A stretch of DNA of 64,000 bases. Origin: Felis catus (taxonomy: Eukaryota). The translations under genes were made by a program, and so were the position numbers. Below, piece by piece: positions 10,261 to 23,672 of the stretch. The DNA lies in the NCBI RefSeq assembly GCF_018350175.1, contig NC_058368.1, positions 24,492,001 to 24,556,000 of the forward strand, in the 5' to 3' direction. The notes beneath the pieces were generated by a model. That model did no database searches. It saw nothing but the letters and a program-made list of their open reading frames with translations, and had not been told where the DNA came from. Within the stretch, counting starts at the first letter, position 1. Every line of letters begins with the position of its first letter.

Positions 10261-11071
10261 AGGCTTTTCTGATGAGGCTAGAGAGTTCCAAGGGCCCTTT
10301 GCTAAAGCACATGGGCAGTATTCAAAATGTCACAAATACCTTGTTGCCTGACTAAAGTTGAGCCGCCGAGGACAGTACCTTAGCGACTGTCCTACCATAA
10401 CCGGAGGAAGACGAGCTGCAAGTCAGTAAGGGTGGTCAGCAAGCTCTGAAGGAGGAATAATGTGGGGAATGCAAAGAAAGTGAGTCCCAAGGGCTGTGAG
10501 GAGCACTGACTTCGCGCATGCCCAGACTTACACTATGTGCTGGAGTCAGAGGCAGGGAGTGGACTTTCTGTACACAGAGCGGGGGACAAGACATAGGAGC
10601 AAACTGTGAACTCCATGGTCTCAGGCTTGCCCGAGTTTTATTATCATTCCAGGCTCACTATCAAGAATGAAACAATGCACTGTTGTGAGCTGGTGATTAC
10701 CTAAATGCTGAAACTCTCAACCATAAAAGAAATGTTGTTTGCCAGAAAGAAAGCCCTTTCTAATTGAACACTGACCAAGCCACAAAGTTTTTTCCAGGAT
10801 TTTTACCTTTGTTGGAAGCTTCTGAAATCAAATATATTGCGAAAAAGTCTATTTAACTTCAGTGACCCATAACCATCAGTTAGATTCTTTTATTATACAC
10901 TTTAAAAATAAATGATTTTAAATAAAACGATCAAGAAAGTTAAGACTACCCCCAAAGGTAAAAAGGGTGCAGTGCTTTTATAGTTTACACAGCACTTCAC
11001 ATATATCATTGATTTGGTCTCACCTATTAAAAAGAGCCTTTAGAAGCAAATCAAATACTACCATTTTTTTA

Positions 11072-11120
11072 GGGGCGCCTGAGTGGCTCAGTTAGTGATA
11101 AATAAATAAACTTAAAAAAA
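11072..11120 (+). mobile_element. Minimal CAN-SINE remnant (head fused to tail)
   Basis: ggggcgcctgagtggctcagttag directly followed by tgataaataaataaacttaaaaaaa. Confidence 0.8.
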
Positions 11121-11964
11121 TTTATCATTTTTTGCTACAACGTGGTAAATAACCTCAGGCATAAGACCACGTAAGATCTGTAATTATCTTTAATTAGAAT
11201 GAAATTACTGGCCCTCCAGGAGATTTTCTAAATGCCATGGGAATGTCCTGGTACATTTTTAAAGAGTTCCAAGACAAAGAAATGAATCTTTCCTTTTATT
11301 AATTGTGAAGTAAATCACAGCTCCAGTAGCCACACAACCCATTATTCAAATTTTCCAAGTACTATACTTCTGTTAAGTACTTGGTAAGAGCCATCGTTTT
11401 GAATTAGAAATCAAACAGAATTCAAAATTTATACCATACGGTGTTATAATTAATTATCAGTAACTGATTAATCTTAAATGAGGCAAAATTTCAAAAGCTA
11501 TCCAGAAGTTTCAACAGATGCTAATGAGGTCGAAGGAGGACCACAAACTTTACCACAAATTCTATCAAAAAACCCTCAAAGATACCACCAGTGATATTTT
11601 TAAGATATAATCCAGGAAACCTAAAGCTACTATAACATTTAAATGCAATAGTCTATATGACAACAAGTTTTATATTTGAGTCTATTTGAAAGTCCATAGG
11701 AATTTTCTTGTACACAATGGATACAGTGTTTTTACTACTAATGATATTTTATGTGTATAAAAAATGTTCAGAGGAACCTAAATTACGATTCCATCTGTAT
11801 GTGCTTTTTTGAAAGTAGATACATCGTGTTGGGGAATTTTAAATTCAGCTTTGTTATCTTTCAGATAAAACAAGAACTTGAAATTTCAAATGAAACTTCT
11901 GTTTGGAGAAGGAAATGGACAATGAGTTATAATTTTCTTCGCGGGGGGAGAAGCTTCTTCTCTA

Positions 11965-13225
11965 TAGAGTCATTCAACAAATACTTGGGCACCTGCTATA
12001 TGAACCCTGGCACAATGCCTGCCCTCTGGAACTTAAGTTCAGCTGGGGTGACCTAAATAAAACTAACAGATAAAATGTATAGTATGTTAGATAGTGGCAC
12101 ATGTTAGAGAGAAAAAGGTAATAGAAAGTATGGAGAAGGGGCCTGCAATTTTAAACAGGGTGACCAGGGAGAATTCACAAATCAGGTGGCATTGGGTGGA
12201 AGTAAGAGAGGAAGTCACCAGAACATCTGGGGGATGAGCCTTCCCCCCAGGGTGAACAGCAAATGGAAACAGAGAGAACAAGGGTGAGAAAATAAGAAAC
12301 TAAGACCAGGGAGGTCATGGGACTGCAGACCACATAGGGCTCTCTGTTTGGTAAAGATTTGGCATTTACTGGCCACTGGAGGGTTTTGAGTAGGATCTCC
12401 TCATCTCTTAAAAGGATCTTACTGGATGTTGCACTGAGAACAATTGTGAGGAAGCAAGGACAGTGACCGAAAGACCCACGAGGAGGTTACTGCATAATCC
12501 AGACAAGATAAGAGAGTGGCTAGACCTGAGTGGTGGAGTGGAAACGACCAAAAGTGGTCGGATTCAGGTTACATCTTTTGAAAGGAGAGGTGGCCGAATT
12601 TGCTGACTGGACGTGATTCTGAGAGAGAAGGAAGAATTAAAGATGTCTCCAAATGTAGCCTTCAGGAAGTCAAAGAGTAGAGCTGTCATCCTGAAATGCG
12701 GAAGCCTGTGGGTAGACACTGTGGGGAACACAGAGAGACATCAGTGTCGAGATGGCCTTGAGGGTCACACGTGAAGACATCAGATAGGGAAGTGCACCAG
12801 CCTGGAGCCCAGGGGGCATATCCGGGCTGGAGATCCAAACAGTGGGAGTTGTCAGAGTATAAATGACACTTAAAGACATAACTAAGACCACCAAGGGATT
12901 CAGCCAAGGTGGGGAAGAGAGCCCAGCACTGAGCCCCGGGACATCCTGATGTACAGAGGTGGGAAATGAAGAGAAGACTAAGGAGGTGTGTGAGAAGAAG
13001 GAAAACTCAGGTGAATATGGTCTCCTGGAAACCAATTTAGGAAAACGTCTCAGGGGGGAGGGAGTGGATCCACTGTGCCCAGTTTGGCTGCTGGGTCAAA
13101 TCAGCCCACCGTTGAGCAAGGACTGTTGCATCCGGCTAGGGGGAGGTCACAGGTGACCTTGAGAAGCGCAGGGGGAATATAGGAGGAAAAGCTGTTAGAA
13201 GTGGGTTCAAGAGAGAATGGAAGGA
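11965..13225 (-). mobile_element. LINE-2 fragment (long)
   Basis: Starts cattcaacaaatacttgggcacctgctat (reverse L2 3' end), followed by purine-rich reverse-L2-like sequence. Confidence 0.75.
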
Positions 13226-13452
13226 GTATTTAGAGTGGTCAAATTCATACAGAGAGAAAGTAGGAAGGTGGTTGCTAAGGGCTGGGGGAAGGGGGAGGGA
13301 AATGGGGAATCACTGCTGAGCAGGTAGGAGTTTCAGTTTTGTGACATGAAAAGGTTCTGGAGAGCAGCCTCACAACAATGTGCGCATGTATTGCTGATTT
13401 TTACACTTCAAAATAACTCAGATGGTAAATTTTGTTATTTTTTACCAAAATT
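13226..13452 (+). mobile_element. Old LINE-1 3'UTR fragment
   Basis: tagagtggtcaaattcatacagagagaaagtag...gtggttgctaagggctggggg...gtttcagttttg...gatggtaaattttgtta. Confidence 0.8.
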
Positions 13453-13454
13453 AA

Positions 13455-13667
13455 TTTTTTTTATAATTTTTAATTTTTTGAATGTTTATTTTTGAGAGAG
13501 ACAGAGAGTGAGAGGGGGGAGGGGGAGAGACAGAAGGAGACACAGCATCTGAAGCAGGCTCCCGGCTGTCAGCACAGAGCCTGACACGGGGCTGGAACTC
13601 ACAAACCGCAAGATCATGACCTGGGCTGAAGTCGGATGCTTGACCGACTGAGCCACCCAGGTGCCCC
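13455..13667 (-). mobile_element. CAN-SINE
   Basis: Ends gactgagccacccaggtgcccc. T-rich tail on the left. Confidence 0.95.
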
Positions 13668-14163
13668 CACACGATCTTTTTTTTTTTAATTTAAAGAGTA
13701 GAAGACAGTATGGAAGGAGAAGAATAGGTTACGATGGATTTAAGCAAATCAAAGCACCTTGTGGAAAAAGAGAACAGAGAAATGGAATAGAAGCTGGAGG
13801 GCACACAGTATCAGGGGAAGAAATACCAGCAGGTTTGTATGCTGATGAGAATTACCAAGTGAAAAAGGGGGAACATGAATCAGAAGAGAAAGGAGACAAT
13901 GAAGGGAGTGATGTTTTTAAGAAGGCGAGAAGGAGCTCAAGCAGAGATCATGGTCTTCCATAGGAACACAGACAATCCCCCTCCAGCAAAGGAGGTAAGG
14001 CAGTGGGTATGGGCAAAGATGCAGATAACTGAGTAGATGGCACAGAGGGCACACAGGGAAGTTTCCTGATTGCCTGCAAGCCCAAATTGCAGACAGGAAG
14101 GGAGGGAGAAGATGTTAAAGATTTCAGGAGAGACAAAGTATGAAGTAGTTAATAAGAAAGGGA

Positions 14164-14379
14164 GGGGAGCCTGGGTGACTCACTTGGTTGAGCGTCTGAC
14201 TCTTGATTTCAGCTCAGGTCACGATCTCATGGTTTCATGAGATAGAGCCCCAAGTTGGGCTCTGTGCTGATAGCATGGATCTTGCTTGGGATTTTCTCTC
14301 TCTCCCTTTCTCTCTGCCCCTTCCCCGCTAGCACTCTCTAAATAAATAAATAAATAAACATTGAAAAAAAGAAAAAAAA
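14164..14379 (+). mobile_element. CAN-SINE (older)
   Basis: ggggagcctgggtgactcac head, (CT)n, (AAAT)n tail. Confidence 0.92.
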
Positions 14380-15089
14380 CCTCAATCTGGAAATTTTAAG
14401 AAACTATTGTCTTATATTTTGCAGCTGTGGCCCCAAAGCACATATCTAACTGGACAGAGCCATGCAAAGTCACCCATGCAAACTTGCTCAGCAGGAAGTC
14501 AAGAGGCTGGAGGGCAGACTCCAAAGGGCTGTGTGGCCCCTTCCCAATCCCTTCCCACACCCGAGAAAACCATCCACGTGCTCACTCACTCATTTACTGG
14601 ATGTCCTCATATACTGGTATGAATTTAAGATTCCATTCATAACCTCAAGAAATGATCCAAATAATCCAACAGGGGAGGTGGAGAAGTAAATGAAAACATA
14701 CAACGAATTAGATCCACACTTACCAGCATGGTTAAATATCAATTCTGTCTGAAAGGGTGAAAAAGGCTTCAAAGAGGCACTGGCCTCTAAGCTGACTCTC
14801 CAGACAAGCGTATGGTGACTGCCCGGGCAAGTGGATCATTCCCTCCAGACTGGCCCACACAGCCTAGATGAAGAATGGAGGGATGGCGTAGCGTGTTGAG
14901 GGAAAGTTACTGGCATTACGGCAGAGGCACATGGGATTGATGTTGAGCAGGGATCCGTGGAGCCAGTTGTAAAAAACAACAGCCACAAAATTCCAGGTAA
15001 GACATGAGGAGGGCCTGGATTAAGATGAAGAAGTTGATATGGAGGAATGGACCCCATCACCGCCACCACCACCATTGTCATCAGGAGGG

Positions 15090-15500
15090 AATGGACAGGG
15101 GACGTTTATAAAGTACAATTGGCAGAGTGTAGGGATCGGTTAAACATAAAAAGTGAGGAGGAAAAAAAAAGATTGATGGCATCTTGGGGTTTCTGGCTTT
15201 TGGGGTAAATGCCTGGGAGCATGCTCCTTGCTCAAAAGGAAAGCAGGAAAAGAAACAGGGTAGTGGTGCATTAGAAGTGTCGGATGAGTTAAGTTTTTGA
15301 CATACTGATTTAAGATATCTATGTCACAACCGGGCAGAGTGATCTGCTGGTCACAGGATTGTGGGTCTGGAGGCCATGGGAGAGGCCTTGGCTAAAATGT
15401 AGGTTTGAAGGACATTAGCATATAAATAAGGAGTCACTATACATGATGTCGTCCTGGAAAAATGTGAGAAATGAGGAAAGGAAATGAACTAGAAAACAAC
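15090..15500 (-). mobile_element. LINE-2 fragment
   Basis: ggtttctggctt...gatgagttaagttttgacatactga...gggtctggagg...gggagagg resembles reverse L2. Confidence 0.55.
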
Positions 15501-16829
15501 CTTCTAGAAGCTGCTACTATTAAGCCACGCCTTTCTCCTTCCCATCACAACTTCTTGAAACCTAAGGGCTTGGCACTATGGCGAGCTCTGGAATTCAGAC
15601 TTCCGGAACCAAGATCTAGTGTTACGTCCACTACGGCACTCTGCCCCGCGTGTTTATAACACAATTCAGCGATAATGAAGGTCTTATGCTGACCCCCTGA
15701 CCAACTGTGTGTAATATGATGGCAGCATTATTTGCTACATTATCATTCACTTGTTAGGAACCAATCACGATCCATGCTTTACAAATGTGTATTCTTTCGG
15801 CTACACTTAGGGTCACGATCAATTCCTAAAACAACAAAAATATTGTTGGCTAAACTACCAAGGCAGTTGAAAAGTTTGACTCCTTCCAGAAATACTTCCT
15901 TGGGCAATTTTCTTTCTTAGCCCAAAAAATATGAAACAAAGAATGAACTGTCTACAAAGTGCCTGGTTTTCCCATTTTTAAAGTTCACATTTAGCTACGG
16001 CAGCACTGATAAGAAAGACATTTTTGTGATGGTGACTGAATATAGTATATTCTATTGTAGGAACACGGATTTTAAGGCTGGAAATAGTTTATTTCAGATG
16101 ATTTCTGCATCTTTTTTTTTTTTACAACTTTAGTTAGAAACTCCTTGCTGAACTAAAAAGTAAAAGGTTGTTGGTAATAAAATAGAAACTGTTTCAGGTT
16201 ATCACTTACCAGAAACTATAATAGAAGTGTGGTTTACCTAAATTATTTACGAAAATATATTAAACTGGTATATTATTTTCAAACATATCTGGAAGACTTA
16301 AATACAAACAAAATGCTTCTTCTCTTGAGACTTCTCCTTCTCCTCTCATTATGATCACACGATTTACTCATCTAGACTTCATGAAAACAAATCATCACGG
16401 CTATCATTTTTTTTTAAAGCAAGAGCTTTTTATCAAAGTCTCTGAAAAGAGTTAGTGTTTGTAGAATACATTCAGAAGCCCACCCCCTTTAAGCTTCTTG
16501 CATTATACTTTAAACGTGAAGACTGAATGGGTTGTATCTTTACATTACCGATTGCTTTGCAAACAATTTGAAATCTAAATCTTGGAGAATCTTTTCTTCC
16601 CCTGAAGTTCAAAGTGCATGTTAGTCCCATGCTAAAGTGGACACAGAAATGAGGCAAACTATCCAGTGCCTGCACTGAGAATTCTCTAGGTCTTTAGACT
16701 GATTCAGTCGCAACGGTTGCTACCAACTACGCTTTCACATAATATACGCACCATACATATGGACACCAGCTCATCAATGGCTCCTACTAGCAAATGCAAG
16801 TCTTCTGGTACTACGCGTTGCCATGGCCA

Positions 16830-17280
16830 CTAATCATCACTGAACACTTACTGTGGCCTGTGCACACTGCGTGTTTTCTATGAACTAACTCAGAGTCTCA
16901 ACAGAACCTTCATGGGGGTGTTATCCCCACTAGCAGATGAAGAAACTAAGTCACAGAGAGGCAAAACATTTTGACCTATGACACACAGCCGAAAGTTGTG
17001 AATGTACTTAATGCCACTGACTTGTACACCTAAAAGTGCTTAAAACTATAAATTCTATGTTATGGATTTACCACAAGAAAAAAAATCATTAAAAAAAAAA
17101 AAAAGGATAGCTAGATCCAAACTTGACTCCTTACAACAAAATGAATCCCAGCTAGATTAAAAATCTGACAGTAAAAGGCAACAATAAAATTACCAGGGGG
17201 GTGGGGGGAAAGTTGAAAAGCTAGGATTCAAACCAAACTAATCTAGCTCCAGTGTCCATCCCACATGCTAACCGTCTTCC
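16830..17280 (-). mobile_element. MIR split by short + strand L1 fragments (~16995-17195)
   Basis: cagatgaagaaactaagtcacagagagg (MIR), then gtgaatgtacttaatgccactgacttgtacac (L1 3'UTR), then gctaggattcaaacc (MIR continuation). Confidence 0.65.
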
Positions 17281-18633
17281 ACAAATTGCTATTTTATGGA
17301 GAGAACTACCCAAAGTGCTATTTTATAGAACCCCCTCACCACCATCAAATTAAGTTGCACAGCAGCTCACGGCTTCCTGGAAAATACACAACACACTGGG
17401 CACGTCTGGCTGTGCAACATAAGAGAGGCAAAGAGCAGTACAGGGTCTGAAGCCACCCAGCAAAACTCAAAACGACAACAAGTTGTTCGCTGTAGAGACA
17501 GTCACTCTCAATCAGCATCCCAAAGGAGACTGTATGTCAAGTGCACTCGAGAACCCACTTTTGGAGACTGTGCTTTAGGGGGAAATGTTTGCTATGGAAA
17601 GGATGCAGAAAATAATCACACTTGTGTTTTAAGAAACCACATGCATACAGCAGAGAACAAACAAAATTACAGTTGTCCAAAATACCTCAGAGTTGAAAGC
17701 TTGCAAAAAGCCTCAAATCTTTACTGCAGCTCTAAAATAGAGTGCAGAGAGAGGAAGGAGGGGGCAGATCCCACTTTTGAGGTCTCCCAGCAGCCTTCAC
17801 ACAGAAAGATTCCCAGCCCTAGGGAGCACCACTCTTCTTGGAGGCAGCCCTAGAAGGGAGCTGGGTGGGACTGCAGAAAACCCGAGAAAACCCAGCCTCC
17901 CCTAAGCCTGCAGTTATGGAGTGAGGAGTTTATAAATGCCTTACATAAGTCACTGCCCACCTCGTTTATTTTACCATTCACATACTAATTAGTACTTTCC
18001 CACCATTGTTCTGAATATCAGTTTAACTGCATTTTAAAAAGGAAGGAAAGTCAAGAAGCCCCTCTCTTCATATATCCAAAATCTCAACATTGAGTTTAAT
18101 TTCCATTTAACAAACAATGCAGTCCTTTCCCAGGCTCTGTATCTTACTGCACACAAAAGCTTGGCAGAGAGCAAGTGAAAGAGAAACAGAACTGACTATT
18201 GGGTGGAGCTCTCATCCAACTGTGGGACCTCAGAGATGTAGTAAATGTACCTTGGATTCTTAGACGATGGGCCACGGTAAAATAAGACATATTTAGATTC
18301 AGAGGACCCCGGTTTATGAAAGCCATAAGTCCAACCCTGTTAAATCTAAATAATGTCATTCTTTGGTCCATTTGCTGAAGAAGTCGCCATAATAAATACT
18401 AATAACCTTCAATAATCTTAGAACCTAGGACCACAAGGGAAATGCCCATTTTTACAACTTATAATCAACTGTCATTGGTAGGAGGAGAACAATATTCTTG
18501 CCCCATCCATCTGCTTTCCACCCACCAATTATGCTCCAGGGATCCAAATCCTAGATAAGCTCTGAGACTTCCCATATGGCCATTACCATTAATTTTCAAT
18601 AAGTATTCTCTGAGGGAGTGGTAGGACTATTGT

Positions 18634-18890
18634 AGGAAAGAAAGGAAAGGGAAGGGAAGAGGAAGAGGGAGGGGAGAGGGAAGAGGGGAGGGGAGAGGTG
18701 AGGAGAGGAGAGGAGAGGAAAGAGAAGGGAAGAGGGGAGGGGAGAACAGAAAAGAAAAAAAAGAACAGAAAAAGGAGAGTAGAGGAGATGAGGGGAGGGG
18801 AGGAAAAAGAGAAGAGAAGACAAGAGAAGACAAGAGAAGAGAAAAGAAAAGAAAAAAGAAAAGAAGAAAGAAAAGAAAAAAGAAAAGAGA
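18634..18890. repeat. Polypurine/polypyrimidine (GA-rich) tract, ~255 bp
   Basis: Almost only A/G on +. A GGA/GGGGA-rich left half shifts to a GAAAA-rich right half. Confidence 0.95.
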
Positions 18891-20742
18891 TCAGTTGCCC
18901 TGTAGTTCCAGGAATGAGGTCTGTGGACGTCACAATTATCATCCTCACGTGCCCCAAGGAACCGCTCCATATCTTCTGCGTGTCCTAAAACTCTTCTCGA
19001 CCCCACTTTCCTTCCCTACAGTCGCACCACCTCCACTTAACCCAACCCTGTCCATTCTTTAAAGACCTGCTCAATTACCACCCACTAGGGGACACCTCTG
19101 CTCCATCCAGCTTTGAGAGATGACTGCCTTTCCTAACTTCTGCAGGGTGGCCCACACATGTGGCTCTTGGTCAAACAGTCCTTATATCGTGGTTAGCGTC
19201 TGAGAGCTACTCTAGCAAGCTACTCCCAGAAAGAGATGTAGGACACACATTCCAGCCTGCGTTGCTGGCTCCTAGTTCATATTCCTGCTCCTATTTAGCC
19301 CCATTTTCTAGTCTCTCCTGTCACATCTTGTTCTACAAAGCCCTCTCTCTCACCTCCCCAACCTCAAAGACTCAGAAAGCCATAAACCATCCCCCAGCTT
19401 ACCCAGCAGAGACCTCTGTGAGATACAGGGATACACTGAGCTCCCACACGATGGGGCCTGAAGATGTGGGAGGTTTGGTGAGGACAGAATTGAAGGTCAA
19501 GTTACTCAGGAGCCCCAGTCAAGTGCCCATGGCCAGTTTCAGCCAGCCACTTTCCATCATCTTCAAACCTTTCCAGAACCATGCAGTTAGAGGCACTCAT
19601 GGTGTTTATACCTATTTTTGATTGGTGCACAGGTGACACAGAATGCATTTCCATAGTATTAGTATTTTTAAAAAAGTTAAAAATAACAAATGAGATCTAG
19701 AAAATAAAAGACAGAAATGGGCTACAGACCCTGAGAAGACAGTATTCACTGATACTGTTCCCTTCATTGGGGAAAGGCGTCTTGTGCCCCCACAAAGGAT
19801 TCGATCCCATCTCATCAGTTTGCCCTTTTGCTTACTGATTTTGCCCCAGGTTGTACACCCTTGAGAAACTCCGCAACGCTGTCCTTGGCCTTTTGTCACA
19901 TGGTTTCCAAAGTTTAAGAACAACAAGGTATTAAATAAAGTTCCATGGAAGAGTCCTCTGAGAGATCTCTATTTACTTTCCAGGGTTCAGGGATAGTTAA
20001 TGGGCCACTTGAATATCTGAAATTGCCCATGAATAACACGTTCCAGAGACCACGCAGTGAAGCTGATGTTCCATACATACAGCACAAGAACCCATGCGTC
20101 CGTTCCCCGCACAGCCTGAGGTTCCTGGGCCCCGGGTCTTTTAAGTACCCCTCTGCACAAAAGTCTCCGAGACCTTTGTTCACTTCCCTCTCATCGCTCA
20201 ATCCTCACTGGCTTCATCTCCTCCCTTCCATCCCCTTCCATCAAGCATCCCCCATTTCTTCATACTTTCAAGTCATGTTTATCCAAATATGTATGCATAC
20301 AGTAAGAATTTAATACACCTTGTGAACTGTGCTCTTACTCTGCTTTTTATCGTTTTTGTTAGTCCTCTGGTTGCAAAGTGGCATCGATTTAGAGTGGTTG
20401 GCCCCAACCCTATATATATTTCCCATAAGTCCCGTTCATTTGATGGCACGATGTTGCAGAAGGTGAGGTTTTCAGAAATTGTGTTACGTTATAGCAGAGA
20501 TGCCGGCCGTGGAAATGGACAGAAAGAGAAAATCATGTGGGCGCCTCGAGGACGTCTGTCACATGGGTCCAAAAACTACAAATGAAAAGGAAAACCTAGA
20601 AAGAAGGAATTATATTTAGCTCTTCCAAATATGCTATTGTTGTAAGTGATCAACAAGCATCGACCATGTCTAGCCTGGAACAGTATTGGCAGACTCCCGT
20701 GGAAAACAAGCCGGACACTGCATCCTTCTTGATCTCTGCCAT

Positions 20743-20747
<5 letters not shown>

Positions 20748-20774
<27 letters not shown>
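20748..20774. repeat. (GT)13 microsatellite
   Basis: Direct reading. Confidence 0.97.
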
Positions 20775-20879
20775 CGCACAGTGCACTGAAGTACAGTGAA
20801 TTGGGATTGCAAAGGAGGTGGGGGGAAGACTGGGAAAATGGTAGGATGGGCAGTGATATAATAAATAATACAGTATAAC

Positions 20880-21020
20880 GATGGACAAAGTCCCTGGCTC
20901 TGCTTCTCATATGCTACGGGGCCTTGCATCATCCACCTAATTTTCTGGGTCTCAACTTCCCCAAATGTCAAATAAAAATCCAGCCTTATCTCAAATGCCA
21001 TGATAAGCAAAAAGAAAGAG
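20880..21020 (+). mobile_element. MIR fragment
   Basis: cctggctctgcttctc...cacctaattttctgggtctcaacttccccaaatgtcaaat resembles the MIR core. Confidence 0.55.
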
Positions 21021-21599
21021 ATAAAGCAGAACCATCCCTTCTTGGTACCTCAGCTTCCAGAAATATGGCGGGTTCAGCTTTCTTCATGTTTATATTTACA
21101 AATACAGAAGCACACAGATGCTGAAGATCAAATTGTTACTATCAAATTTCCTAGAAACACATAGATTTTCAGACACAGGTCAACTGGGTTGGACTGAATC
21201 TTTCCAACTGGCCAAGAGATCACTATTATTAGTTCTACCTTTTCCAAATAGAACATTTACAAGTAAATGACAGAACCAAAATCCAGACTTAAGCCTATCT
21301 GACTCCAAATCCAAAGCTGTTCCATTTTATCCTACTGTCTAAATAAAAGATGTATGAGGCCTATGGAAACTCCCAACCATTCTTCAAACATTAATTTGAA
21401 GAACATACAGGAAGAAATTACAGGAAAACACTACCCAGTGTTTATCTCATTTATAATAAAACAGGAAATCAGGATATTATGATCACTTTAATTTTCATTT
21501 TTGTTTTGTGGGTTTGTTTTTTTTTTTTTTTTTGCATGACCCTCTGATGGGGGTGGATAATAAAAGAAGGCAAAGAAAAGCAAAGAAGGCTGTTTCTTT

Positions 21600-21635
21600 T
21601 TCAGTGTTTATTTATTTATTTTGAGAGAGAGAGAA

Positions 21636-21666
<31 letters not shown>

Positions 21667-21820
21667 ACTCATGCATGAGCAGGGGAGGGGCAGAGAGAAA
21701 GGGAATCCCAAGCAGGATCCACGCTCAGGGCAGAGCTGAGCTGACCCCCAACCAAGAGGTCATGACCTGAGTCAAAATCAAGGGTCAGACAGTTAAGCGA
21801 ATGAGCCACCCAGACGCCCT
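21600..21820 (-). mobile_element. CAN-SINE with (GA)n
   Basis: Ends gagccaccccagacgccc. TSD ggctgtttcttt / ggctgtttattt. Confidence 0.92.
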
Positions 21821-22466
21821 GGCTGTTTATTTGATAGATTAACAGAGGTCCTCCATCGTCTCTGGTCTTTAAATTTTAACAAAAATGAAAGGGCAACACA
21901 GACTATGCACGAATTTGATTATGAGCCACGATGCCATCCACAGTCACTGCCAGTGTAAAGGGGCCTGTGCTCTAGAAAGAGCTGCTACCACCCATGCCTG
22001 CCTGTGAAAAGGGCTAAAATGGAGGCAATGAAAACCAAGTCTAATATTACACAATTGGCACATAACGTGTCATAGTCAAGGTTGCAGGCTTCAAATGTAA
22101 TTCAATGGAAACTAGTCAACACACCAAGGAAGTGGTCCTACCTCACGACTCCTTGAATTACTCAGAAAATTACTCAATACAGGATCACGTGTTATGCACA
22201 ATGGAAGACAGAAAATGATGAAAGATTATTAAAACATCATCTTACAAATTCCACTTCCCAATTGCAATTTAACTCAACTCAACCCATATTTATAAAATGT
22301 TCACTCTGTACCAGGTGCTATCCAATAAGGATACTAAAATAATAGAGTACAACTCAGCAGTGGCTACTTTAGGATGTACATCATGGGATGGCCCCATCTT
22401 CAGTATGACACAATATAGCCATTGACACACTTCAGAAATGAAACCTTCTATCTTCTATAGTAGTTG

Positions 22467-22640
22467 TCATCCATCCATCCATCCATCCATCCATCCATTG
22501 ATCCATTCATGACTCAGCTAATAGATATTTTTTGTGCCTCTGCTGGGCCTTAGGGATTTAAAGTTGGAAAGTCACTGTTCCTGCTCTCAAGTATTTCCAG
22601 GGCAGTGAAGAAAAAGGACACCAAAAGACAGAATGAACCG
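22467..22640 (-). mobile_element. (CCAT)n repeat at the 3' tail of a reverse L2 fragment
   Basis: catccatccatcc...cattcat followed by gttcctgctctcaag (reverse L2 end). Confidence 0.6.
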
Positions 22641-22679
22641 TAACGGTGAGCTGATTTTCAAACATGGCCTTCACTGTAC

Positions 22680-23170
22680 AGCCATGTTCAAGGGAGCATC
22701 ATTCACAATAGCCACAAGGCAGAAGCAACCCAAGTGTCCATCGACACATGAATGGTTAAATAAAACCTCCATACTGTATACATACAATGGAATATTATTC
22801 AGCCTTAAAAAGGAAGTAAATTCTAACACAGGCTATAACTTGGATGAATCTTGAGGATGTTACACTGAGAGAAATAAGCCTGCCACAGAAAGTCAACTAC
22901 CATAGGACTTCACTTACAGGAAGTAGAAACAGAAAGTAGAATGGTGGTTCCCAGAGGCCAGGGGGATGGGAAAATGGGGAGTTACTGCTTAATGCATACT
23001 GAGTTTCAGTTTTACAAGACGAAAAGAGCTCTGTGGATAAACATGGTGATGGCTGCACAATAATACGAATGTGCTTAAGGTCACTGAACCGGGCACTTAA
23101 AGATGGTGAAGATGGTAAATTTTATGTTACGTGTATTTTACTCCAGTTTAAAATCTAAAAAAAACAAAAA
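22680..23170 (+). mobile_element. Old LINE-1 3' end (L1MB-like)
   Basis: gcatcattcacaatagcc...caacccaagtgtccatc...tattcagccttaaaaaggaa...agtagaatggtggtt...gatggtaaattttatgttacgtgtatttta, then an A-rich end. Confidence 0.88.
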
Positions 23171-23189
23171 ACCAACCATGTCCCTTCAT

Positions 23190-23672
23190 TCTATGACACC
23201 CCTTCCATCAAGAGGTGGGGTCTGTGTAACTGCCCCACACATGAGCATGTCTTTGTACCCATCTCCATGAATACAGTGCTGCTAATGCAACCGTGCGTGA
23301 CTTTCAACGCTGCCAGTCTCTCTTGGGACACTCACTCCAGGAGCCTTCAGCCATCGCGGAAGAAGTGCAGCTACCTGAGGCTGCCATATGGAGAAGGGAC
23401 ACGGGAAGAGAGAGAGACAGAGATGTCCCAGGAGCCCCAGCAGTTCCGACGGCCAGTTGTAGGAATCTTCCAGGTCTCAGCACCAAACCATGAGCAAAGG
23501 AACCTCTGAGGGGACGTGGCGCCCCACTGTGTGTGGCCACATGAGACCGCAGGCCAGAACTGCCCAGCTGTGCCCAGCCAACGGTCCAGATTCATGAGCA
23601 AAATAAATGCCTGCCACTGTTCTAAGGCACTGTTTTGGGTGATCTGTTCCACAGCAATGAAGAGCTAGAACA
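23190..23672 (+). mobile_element. MLT1-type (ERVL-MaLR) solo LTR
   Basis: ccatcaagaggtgggg...cctgaggctgccat...gcccagc...aaaataaat...ttttgggtgatctgttccacagcaat...gaaca, a typical MLT1 3' end. Confidence 0.8.

Noticed and set aside
9669..10355. Six overlapping 132-166 aa repetitive ORFs as a repeat protein
   Set aside because: They follow from a stop-free 31-bp tandem repeat that is open in all frames. There is no supporting splice or start context.
18589..19006. Phe/Ser/Leu-rich and Glu/Lys/Arg-rich ORFs (also 49784-50170 and 61377-61798)
   Set aside because: They are translations of the polypurine tract and (GAAA)n repeats.
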